Shown here: piece by piece, positions 9,606-17,700 of the stretch
Layout: each line of letters opens with the position of its first letter
How positions within the stretch are numbered: the stretch's first letter is position 1
Assembly: GCF_000025125.1 (NCBI RefSeq)
Contig: NC_013771.1
Span: forward strand, 1,080,001-1,112,000
DNA: 32,000 bases
Reading direction: 5' to 3'
Source of the DNA: Candidatus Atelocyanobacterium thalassa isolate ALOHA
GTDB taxonomy: Bacteria; Cyanobacteriota; Cyanobacteriia; Cyanobacteriales; Microcystaceae
Position numbers and translations under genes: made by a program
The notes under the pieces: model-generated
What the model was told of the DNA's origin: nothing
Database searches by the model: none
What the model saw: only the letters and a program-made list of their open reading frames with translations

Positions 9606-10007
9606 ATAGTATTTTAAAATTAGTTTGTTATTGTATTAACTATTTTTCTATCCTCTACAAGATTTATCTATCAAAAAAATATGCTTTTAGTATAACTTTT
9701 TTATTAACGTTTTTTCTTCTTTTTTCAGAGTCCACGTAATTAGCTTTAAGACATTATCGGGAGCCTTAGAATTAGGCGTAAAGTATCCTAAGCATTAGCT
9801 TTCTTTGATATACAAGTGCAATATATTGATTGTCTATATATTTTTAGTTATTTAAGTACCACAATAAGCCAATTAAGATTGATACATAAATATATTTTTA
9901 GATAGACTATTTTTCTTTATATATATTATTTTGAGGTTATATTTTTAAAATTTAGACTGTATTGCTAGGTAATAACACAGTCTAATAACTAGATTTAAAT
10001 ATAGTTA
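9606..10007. other. 402-bp AT-rich insert that splits the left repeat arm and is absent from the right arm
   Basis: The right arm is contiguous across the 11850/11851 junction. The left arm carries 402 extra bp with no ORF, iterated TAGACTRT motifs and two hairpins (9952-9985 and 9983-10010). Confidence 0.8.
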
Positions 10008-10189
10008 TTAGACTATACTTTAATATATATATTAATATTTATAAAAGTAGGTATTTTGAAAAATATGTACCCCAAAGATGGCGAAACCCTAGATGTTTAT
10101 GTAAAGAGATGTCGCCTTGCTTTAAAACTAACACAATCTGCAATGGCTAGAAAAATTAACATTAATACTCAGAGCTTAGGTAAAATTGA
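10008..10189. repeat. Inner inverted repeat, left copy (182 bp, perfect)
   Basis: Checked base by base as identical to the reverse complement of 11669-11850. It contains the upstream leader and the first 45 codons of the HTH gene. Confidence 0.95.
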
Positions 10190-10220
10190 ATTTGGATGTA
10201 AGGGTAACAATAGTATTTAG
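10056..10220 (+). pseudogene. Duplicated 5' fragment of the XRE-HTH gene (54 codons, truncated)
   Basis: It translates as MKNMYPKDGETLDVYVKRCRLALKLTQSAMARKININTQSLGKIE, identical to the full gene. It then diverges at the repeat boundary into FGCKGNNSI-stop. Confidence 0.7.
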
Positions 10221-10262
10221 CTTTTGTTCTAATGATTTATTTTTTATATTTATACGATATTC

Positions 10263-11213
10263 TTATAAATCTTGTTCTAGTAGATTACTAAGTTTTAATT
10301 GATCCTGGTTGCGATTATCATCGTAAATCATTAAGGTATTTAAATTCTTATGTCGCGATAATTTTTGCACTTTTCTGACATTTCCATTACTTTTATCTAA
10401 GGCAGTGGTAATTGATGAATGTCGAATTCTATGTGGTGAAATGCGTTTTTCAATTCCTGCCTTTTCACAATAACGGCGAACAATTTTGTATATCCCGTCT
10501 CCGCTAAGACGATTTCCTATGGATTTCGAGTCTAAAGAAGTAAATAGAGGTGTATATTTTTTGACTTCGTTACCCCGGTATACTAGCCAATACTTAATAG
10601 CTTCTACGCATTTAACAGATAAATCTATGGCATGCTTTTCGTTATATCCTTTTCCTTTTATCCATAGTTTACTGTTTGAATAATCGATATCATCTATATC
10701 TAATGCACTAATTTCGTTTCTTCGCAGTGCATTAGACCATAACAGCATCAATAAAGCTTTATCTCTTGTTCCTTTTATGGTTTTCAAATCACATACCATT
10801 AAAACCTTTTTAAACTCTTCTAAAGTGATTCCAGAAGTATCCCGAAAAGGCTTCGATCTTTCACTACCGACAACATCCTTAAGTGAATATTGGCATAGTC
10901 CTAAACGATGTGCTGCACAAACGAAAGATTTGATAACACTGATCTTTCGGTTAATAGTAGATGGAGCTAATTGTTTCTTCCTTAAGTAACCTTTATAAGC
11001 TATAAGAGCAGCATTTGCTTGAAAAGGCTTGATACTTAAAAATTCTTTTATCAATTCTTCTGTTACCGTTTTTTGCGACATAGATTCAAAGAAATAACAT
11101 AAATCTTTCTCATATTCATAACGAGTCATAGGAGATGATTTATCCAGTAGCCAAAGAGTAATTAATCTCTTAATAGATGATGTTTCTTGCTCTATATTTA
11201 TAAGTTTTAGCAT
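10263..11213 (-). CDS. tyrosine-type site-specific recombinase/integrase (XerC/XerD-like)
   Basis: SAM-like N-terminal domain. Catalytic set is present: ALRRNE (Arg), KGKG (Lys), HRIRHS (His-x-x-Arg-His) and SRHKNLNTLMIY (His..Tyr). ATG at 11213; the ORF extends to a TTG at 11234. Confidence 0.9.
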   Translation of the reverse strand: MLKLINIEQETSSIKRLITLWLLDKSSPMTRYEYEKDLCYFFESMSQKTVTEELIKEFLSIKPFQANAALIAYKGYLRKKQLAPSTINRKISVIKSFVCAAHRLGLCQYSLKDVVGSERSKPFRDTSGITLEEFKKVLMVCDLKTIKGTRDKALLMLLWSNALRRNEISALDIDDIDYSNSKLWIKGKGYNEKHAIDLSVKCVEAIKYWLVYRGNEVKKYTPLFTSLDSKSIGNRLSGDGIYKIVRRYCEKAGIEKRISPHRIRHSSITTALDKSNGNVRKVQKLSRHKNLNTLMIYDDNRNQDQLKLSNLLEQDL

Positions 11214-11241
11214 TATCAAGGGTTTTAGTATCAAGTTACTT

Positions 11242-11281
11242 AAAAGTGGTATCGAAAATTTTTATTTTCGATACCACTTTT
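11242..11281. promoter_or_regulatory. Perfect palindrome with 17-bp arms and a 6-nt spacer, between the HTH stop and the recombinase start
   Basis: aaaagtggtatcgaaaa / ttttta / ttttcgataccactttt. It may be an intrinsic terminator/attenuator, an operator, or a recombinase core-type site. Confidence 0.6.
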
Positions 11282-11343
11282 TCCAAAATAACACAATTTT
11301 AGAAGATAGAACTTCACAGAGCAAAAATGTTAGGCAGAAAAGA

Positions 11344-11802
11344 TCAATATGTTTTTTCTTGCTGCTGATTGTAAGGATGACCACAATAACCGCAAAAACG
11401 AAATTTTAGAGACGGTATAGGTTGTTCGCATTGCATACAACGATCTATCAGCGCAGAACCACATAAAAAACAATAGTTTGCGCGTTTGTCTAACCACATA
11501 GCTTCTAGACTATGTCCAGGAGACCAGCATTTAGGACAAATCTTGGGAGATTCTTCTGATGTGATTGCAACTCCTCTGCAAATAGAATCAATACAAGTTT
11601 CAGAAACATTGAGAATTTCAGCGAGCCCTAGTCTCGTTTTATGATTTAGCTTCTGTGTTTTTCCTGACTCAATTTTACCTAAGCTCTGAGTATTAATGTT
11701 AATTTTTCTAGCCATTGCAGATTGTGTTAGTTTTAAAGCAAGGCGACATCTCTTTACATAAACATCTAGGGTTTCGCCATCTTTGGGGTACATATTTTTC
11801 AA
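11344..11802 (-). CDS. XRE-family helix-turn-helix protein with a C-terminal double zinc ribbon (four CxxC)
   Basis: HTH segment LKLTQSAMARKININTQSLGKIESGK. Cysteine pairs CPKC, CFLC, CMQC and CGYC. TTG at 11802 or ATG at 11793. Confidence 0.8.
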   Translation of the reverse strand: MKNMYPKDGETLDVYVKRCRLALKLTQSAMARKININTQSLGKIESGKTQKLNHKTRLGLAEILNVSETCIDSICRGVAITSEESPKICPKCWSPGHSLEAMWLDKRANYCFLCGSALIDRCMQCEQPIPSLKFRFCGYCGHPYNQQQEKTY

Positions 11803-11850
11803 AATACCTACTTTTATAAATATTAATATATATATTAAAGTATAGTCTAA
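11669..11850. repeat. Inner inverted repeat, right copy (182 bp, perfect)
   Basis: Reverse complement of 10008-10189. It covers the 5' 134 nt of the functional HTH gene plus 48 nt upstream. Confidence 0.95.
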
Positions 11851-12008
11851 ATAAAAACCTGCGCAAAGTATATAAAAAAGTCGATGTTAAAAGTGGGGTA
11901 CAAACTTTTGATAATTATATTTTTAACAAAATCTTTACAAACTTTATAAAGATTTTTTAGATTTTAAGAATATTTTGATTGTATTAAAATAAGAAAGACT
12001 ACAGTATT
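11851..12008. repeat. Outer inverted repeat, right copy (158 bp)
   Basis: Reverse complement of 9448-9605 with 4 transitions, and contiguous with the inner repeat. Confidence 0.92.
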
Positions 12009-12075
12009 CGAATACATTAATTACTATCTTTAAAATATAAGTTTTAATATTTCTTGATTTTCAAAGAAATATAAT

Positions 12076-12103
12076 AAATATGAGGATGAAAGTCCTCATA
12101 TTT
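12076..12103 (-). terminator. chlP terminator hairpin
   Basis: aaatatgagga / tgaaag / tcctcatattt, a perfect 11-bp stem 15 nt downstream of the chlP stop. A T-rich tract follows on the minus strand. Confidence 0.65.
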
Positions 12104-12117
12104 ATTATTATTATTAA

Positions 12118-13338
12118 TTAAGGAGCTAAAGCATGACCTCGCAGTAAACTGCCAATAGTTTTAGCAGTTAGCTTCATCTGTACTAAAGGATTCATTGGAA
12201 CAACAGTTTTATACAAATAACTATCAAAAGTCATTCGTTGAGCATTTTTATCAGCACACATCTCGACAAAAGCTTCACGAGATGCATCAGAACGATAAAA
12301 AATATGCTGTAATATATCTAAAACTAAATAGGTAGTACCATACTGCTTATCCCAGCGTTTTAAATAAAGCTTTAAATCATCTTCAGTAGGAATGGTTCTA
12401 CCTGAATTACTGGTTTCAACAATTATTTCAGCACACATACGTGCCGACTTGGCCGCAAAATAAATTCCCTCCCCAGAAGATTTAGTAACAGTTCCTGCTG
12501 CATCACCAACTAGAGCGACGCGATTAACAACACGACGTGGTCGAGGATGTTCAGGGATCGGATGTGCTTCAACCTTTATCACTTCACCGCCTTCTAGCCT
12601 AGAAAATGCGCGACTGCGAATACCTGCCTGCAGCTTTTTGATCATAGCCTGGTTGTTTTTCATGGTTCCTGTTCCCACAGCCACATGATCATACTTTGGA
12701 AATATCCAAGCATAAAAATCAGGGGAAACGTCTTTTCCTACATACATTTCTGCTAAATCTTCATAGCGATTCATCTTATCTTTTGGTAGACGAATACGTT
12801 CTTGAAATGCAATAGCGTAATTATAATCTCCTGCATCTATAAATTTGGCGATACGGGAATTTGCACCATCTGCTCCGATAATTACATCAACTTGAAGAGT
12901 TTTTTTCTCTCCTAAAGCTTGACCATTTGAGTGATCAGCATAGTAGATAGTATAAGGATCTTGAGAATTTTGAGGAGTATCTAATTGATAAACTGTACCA
13001 TTTATTAAATTAGCACCTAATTCAACAGCTCTATCGCGCAAAAAACCATCAAGAATTTCTCTACGACACATCCCTATATATTCGTCTTTATTGTCCAAAT
13101 TTAAGTCGACTTCAATATTTGATGGAGATATCATTTTCATCTTCCGGACTCGCCTATCAATAATTGTAGGTGGAAGCTCAAATTCATCAACCATACATAA
13201 AGGAATAGCTCCTCCACAAGGTTTGACGTAGCTCAGATTGCGCTCAAATAAATAAGTTTCGATACCGGCTTTTACCAATGTCTCAGCAGCAGAAGATCCG
13301 GCTGGACCTGATCCAACGACAGCAACGCGTAAAACCAA
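12118..13338 (-). CDS. chlP: geranylgeranyl diphosphate/geranylgeranyl-chlorophyll reductase
   Basis: VLRVAVVGSGPAGSSAAETLVKAGIETYLFER and near full-length similarity to cyanobacterial ChlP. The likely start is the TTG at 13338, preceded by GAGGAG; the ORF track extends to 13359. Confidence 0.92.
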   Translation of the reverse strand: MVLRVAVVGSGPAGSSAAETLVKAGIETYLFERNLSYVKPCGGAIPLCMVDEFELPPTIIDRRVRKMKMISPSNIEVDLNLDNKDEYIGMCRREILDGFLRDRAVELGANLINGTVYQLDTPQNSQDPYTIYYADHSNGQALGEKKTLQVDVIIGADGANSRIAKFIDAGDYNYAIAFQERIRLPKDKMNRYEDLAEMYVGKDVSPDFYAWIFPKYDHVAVGTGTMKNNQAMIKKLQAGIRSRAFSRLEGGEVIKVEAHPIPEHPRPRRVVNRVALVGDAAGTVTKSSGEGIYFAAKSARMCAEIIVETSNSGRTIPTEDDLKLYLKRWDKQYGTTYLVLDILQHIFYRSDASREAFVEMCADKNAQRMTFDSYLYKTVVPMNPLVQMKLTAKTIGSLLRGHALAP

Positions 13339-13492
13339 GATTATTCTCCTCACTATCAAATATGGTTACGGCTTGAATCGTATCATAAAAAGAATGATAA
13401 TAGAGGACAGATAATAATCTTTACAGTGTTAATAAATGTTACCTTATATTAAGTTTATTATTACGTTGAACCATATCTAATAAAAAAACAAT

Positions 13493-14518
13493 ATGCAATT
13501 TATCGATCGAGCCGAGATTGAAGTAGAAGGAGGAAAAGGTGGTGATGGGATAGTAGCGTTTCGAAGAGAAAAATATGTTCCAGCAGGAGGACCTTCTGGA
13601 GGAAATGGAGGTAAAGGTGGCTCAGTTTACTTACAAGCTGCGCAAAATTTACAAACTCTTCTTGATTTCCGATATTCTCATTATTTTAAAGCTGATGGTG
13701 GAAGAAGAGGAGGAACAAATAATTGTACAGGAGCTGCAGGAAAAGATAATATTATCCAAGTTCCTTGCGGGAGTGTGATCTATGATCTTGAAACGGAAGA
13801 AATACTAGGCGATTTAACTATAGATAAACAAATTATATGTATTGCCCGAGGAGGAAAAGGAGGTTTTGGAAATAAGCACTTTCTTAGCAATCAAAATAGA
13901 TCTCCTGAACATGCTTTACCTGGATTGGAAGGAGAACATAGATTTTTAAGGTTAGAACTAAAATTACTTGCTGAAGTAGGTATTATAGGATTGCCAAATG
14001 CTGGTAAATCAACTCTTATTTCTTCTTTATCTGCTGCTCGTCCAAAAATTGCTGATTATCCTTTTACTACTTTAACTCCTAACTTAGGAGTAGTGAGAAA
14101 AACCACAGGAGACGGAACAGTTTTTGCTGATATTCCAGGACTAATTGAAGGAGCTCATGAAGGTATTGGGCTAGGTTATGAATTTTTAAGACATATTGAA
14201 AGAACCAGCTTATTACTTCATTTGATAGACATTACTGCTGATGATCCTCTGAAAAACTATCAAATCATTCAAGATGAATTAAAAGCTTATGGAAAAGGAA
14301 TTAGTGATCGTTTTCAGATAATAGCTTTAAATAAAGCTGATGCATGTGATCAAAACAATATTGATGCAATAACAAAAAAAATGAACAAACTAACTAATGC
14401 GCCAATTTTCAATATTTCAGCAGTTACAAAAGCAGGAACCAAAGAGTTATTACACACTATTTGGAATTATTTAGAGTTGGAAAATAGTAAAGAAAAATCT
14501 TCTACTTCGTTTTTATAA
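13493..14518 (+). CDS. obg: GTPase Obg/CgtA
   Basis: Glycine-rich Obg fold (FIDRAEIEVEGGKGGDG...GGNGGKGG) followed by G motifs GLPNAGKST, DIPGLIEGA and NKAD. Confidence 0.93.
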   Translation: MQFIDRAEIEVEGGKGGDGIVAFRREKYVPAGGPSGGNGGKGGSVYLQAAQNLQTLLDFRYSHYFKADGGRRGGTNNCTGAAGKDNIIQVPCGSVIYDLETEEILGDLTIDKQIICIARGGKGGFGNKHFLSNQNRSPEHALPGLEGEHRFLRLELKLLAEVGIIGLPNAGKSTLISSLSAARPKIADYPFTTLTPNLGVVRKTTGDGTVFADIPGLIEGAHEGIGLGYEFLRHIERTSLLLHLIDITADDPLKNYQIIQDELKAYGKGISDRFQIIALNKADACDQNNIDAITKKMNKLTNAPIFNISAVTKAGTKELLHTIWNYLELENSKEKSSTSFL

Positions 14519-14706
14519 TATTACTATTAATAATTAAATGTAATTAGTGAACTATATCTGTGCTATTTTCAGTTAATGATATTGAGATTTATTATTTTTA
14601 TAAAAAGTATTGAAATAATTAATTGTTGATTTAAATTATTATATTAAAAATATCTAATACAATAAGATACAAAGATCTACATAAAGCAAACTATTTATCT
14701 AAAAGG

Positions 14707-14731
14707 AATTTAACACAATTTGTGTTAAATT
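14707..14731. promoter_or_regulatory. 25-bp perfect palindrome 36 nt upstream of the TamB-like start
   Basis: aatttaacaca-att-tgtgttaaatt. It could be an operator or a 5' UTR stem-loop. Confidence 0.3.
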
Positions 14732-14767
14732 AGTCGTTGTGTTTCTTGCACCTCTGATGAACTGACC

Positions 14768-17700
14768 ATGGCTAAAAGCTCCCTTGAGCCGCTTTCAAAA
14801 GTATCTAAATATCAAGCATTAAAATCAAAGTGGGCAGGACTAGTTGGCTTTGTTAGAAAACCTTTTGTTCTATTTTCCACAGGAGTGGTTGTGTCATTAG
14901 GGATTTTACTCTATGGAGGAGCCAACTATTTTGTGTATCATAAATTATCATTTATTCTTTCATCTAGATTAAGCAAAATTCTGGAAAGAGATGTCAAGGT
15001 TGGATTAATCGAAAATCTTTCTATTAATTCTATTCGAATTGGAAATTTATCTATTTCTGCAACTAAAAATAGTGGAGACTATATTGATATTCAAAACGCT
15101 ACTATTACTGTAGATTTTTTTACATTTCTTATAAAACAAACTTTAGACGTTAACATTTTTGTCAATAATCCAAATTTTTATGTCAGTCAAGATAAGAAAG
15201 AAAAATGGATAGCATTACCAGAATTAAAGTTACAAGAAGAGTTAAATATACCCATTAAGATTAAAACCAATTTTTATTTAAATAATGCTAATGTTTTTAT
15301 ACTTCCTAATAATTTTAAGAAGATAGCAAAATTAAATGTTAACGGAAAATTTTCATACACATATAAATCAAATAATAATCAAAAAATAAACTATTTTGTA
15401 AATGTTGGCTTGTTAGGAAGTGAAATTGATATTAAAGGTCTTACGGATATAAAATCTTGGAAAACCAGAACGAAAATCGTAGTTAATAGACTTGAATTAG
15501 ATAAATTATTTAGTTCAAGTAATAATTTATTTACTCAGCTAAGCAAAGGATTCTTAAACACTGATCTGAATATTTCTCTACCTTCATTAAAAGAGATAGA
15601 AAAAATCAAAGGAGCAGGAAAACTAAAAGTTACTAATCTTACATCAACAGTTAAAGAGTTAGAATCCCCAATAAATATATATTTAGGTCTTGAGTTTATT
15701 GGGCAAACCCTTAAATTCAACAGAACTAAAATGATATTTGGAAATACCATAACAAAACTTGAAGGTTCTATTAATTTACAAAAAGGTTATGACATTTATA
15801 TTAATTCCAACTATTCTCTAATCAATAAGTTTCCAGACTTTCTCAATGATGAATCAAAGCCAAAGTTATACGGGAATATAAAAAGCGAAATAAGATTAAC
15901 CGGCAAAGTTGAAGATCCTATTTTTACGGGAATAATTAAAAATAACAAACCACTATTAATTAAAAATAGTTTTATTGAAAATTTTCAAATTATATTTAAA
16001 GCTAATTTAAGAAAGATTAATTTAAAGCGCTTTCAAATTCAAACGAGTGAAGGAGGAGAACTTTTTGCAGCAGGGGAAGCATATATAGACTTTTTAAATC
16101 TGATACACGAAAATGAGTTTATAAATTGGCAAAAGATTCCTGTCTTATTAGGTTTACAAATAAATCTTCCGTTTGAAAAAGTTTTAAGTTCTTACCATAA
16201 AATATCTGAGGATATTAGATTTGGTGAATTAAAAATTCATGGAGAGTTTAAAGGGAACCTTGGAAATCCCAAAGGGAAAATTATATGGTCTGCTCCTCAA
16301 ATAGTAAAAATTGCAAAACAACAATTATCTGGAAAAGGGACAATCATTTTTGGTAAAAAAAATATTTTTTTAAAAGATACAGTACTTAATACTGACAAAG
16401 GTAATCTTCAAATTAAAGGGATAGGTAATATAAGTAGTAAAAAATGGAGTAATTTAATTGTTGCAAATAACTTTTCTTTTAATCCACTTATAAAATTATC
16501 TTGTACTTTGATTGCATGTCCTAAAGATTTAACAAATCAACCTATCGTCTTTCGCAAAGGAACCATTAGATTAACAGGTCAATTAAATAATCTTACTATC
16601 AATAGTTTTGAGAGCCTAGAAAAGATACTATTTAGCGTAGGGGAAAGTAGTATATACATTCAAACAAAATTTTCGAAAAAACATATAGCAGGAAATATTT
16701 TTATTTCAGATTTATTATTTAATAGGTATTTTTCGCTTTTACCTACCTCTGTAAATCTTGATCGAGGCAACATAAACTTCAGTGGTTCTTTAATAAATTT
16801 ATCTAATATTAAAATTTCTGATATCAAAAATTTTGATATTAATGGAACTATGCAGATATCTTTACAGAATAACCCTGTGACTACTGATGTAGAAATCAGA
16901 AACGGTATTTTAACTTCCTCAATTAAAGCCAACCATCTTTTTTTTAAATCTCATTCTCCTATCTTATCGAATCAGATACAGACTACTAGCAAAGTAAATA
17001 TTACTGGCAACATAAATTCTTTTATCTCTTCTTTAAGAACTACTCCTAATATTAATAGCTTTAGTGGAAATGCTGATATAGAATTTTTTCTAAACAATAA
17101 TCCTATCAAGATTACAAGTACTTTAAGCGATGGAACCATAAAAGGAATAGCCCGATTTTCTGATTTCCATTTAGATAATTTCATATCTAACTTGCCTGTT
17201 TTAAATCACAAAGTTCAAGGACAAATAGCTATTTCAAGTCGACTACTACCTTTAATAAGAAAAAAACCTGATCTTACCAATACAGAAGCACATATTGATT
17301 TGCAATTAACAGCAGGCGAAGGAATTATAAATTCTACAACTCATTTAAAACATAATAGATGGAATTCTAAAATTAATGCATCTCAATTCAATCCAAGATT
17401 AATTCTAAATAACATTCTTCCTAAGACATTAAAAACTAATAGCAGTAATTTAAGTGGGCAAGCGATACTTTCTGGTAATATATCAAATCTATTTAATAGA
17501 GAAGAGAATTTACGAATTAAAGCCAAAAATATAATAATTCAGTCTCAAGAATATAAACAATCTTTAAATGCAACTGGAGACATTTTTGTTTTTAATATAT
17601 TTACAAAACCCGATATAAACGCTTATCTTTCTTTAGAAGTAAATTCGATTCTTGACAAAATTCATCTGAATCAATTTTTCCCATCATCTTCTTCTAAAAT

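Larger units (their letters stand above)
9448..12008. mobile_element. Inverted-repeat-bounded tyrosine recombinase / HTH cassette (candidate invertible segment)
   Basis: 340-bp inverted arms enclose the recombinase gene and the HTH gene. There is no transposase and no flanking direct repeat. See the repeat features and findings. Confidence 0.55.

Noticed and set aside
10486-10989. Two + strand ORFs (10486-10683 and 10777-10989) antisense to the recombinase, downstream of the orphan HTH leader/5' copy
   Set aside because: It is tempting to see them as cargo of the antisense transcript. They have no ribosome-binding site and no recognisable motif, and they lie wholly inside the conserved recombinase frame. 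I treat them as antisense artefacts unless Ribo-seq shows otherwise.
9448-12008. Interpretation of the cassette as an IS/transposon or an integrated prophage remnant
   Set aside because: There is no transposase, no target-site duplication at the arm ends, no phage genes and no adjacent tRNA (the nearest tRNAs are 17.6 kb away). A Xer/dif-type role for the recombinase is kept as an alternative in the findings rather than rejected.
13575-13778. 67-aa ORF inside obg
   Set aside because: It is an alternative frame through the GGA/GAA-rich Obg glycine-rich region, giving a low-complexity E/L-rich product.
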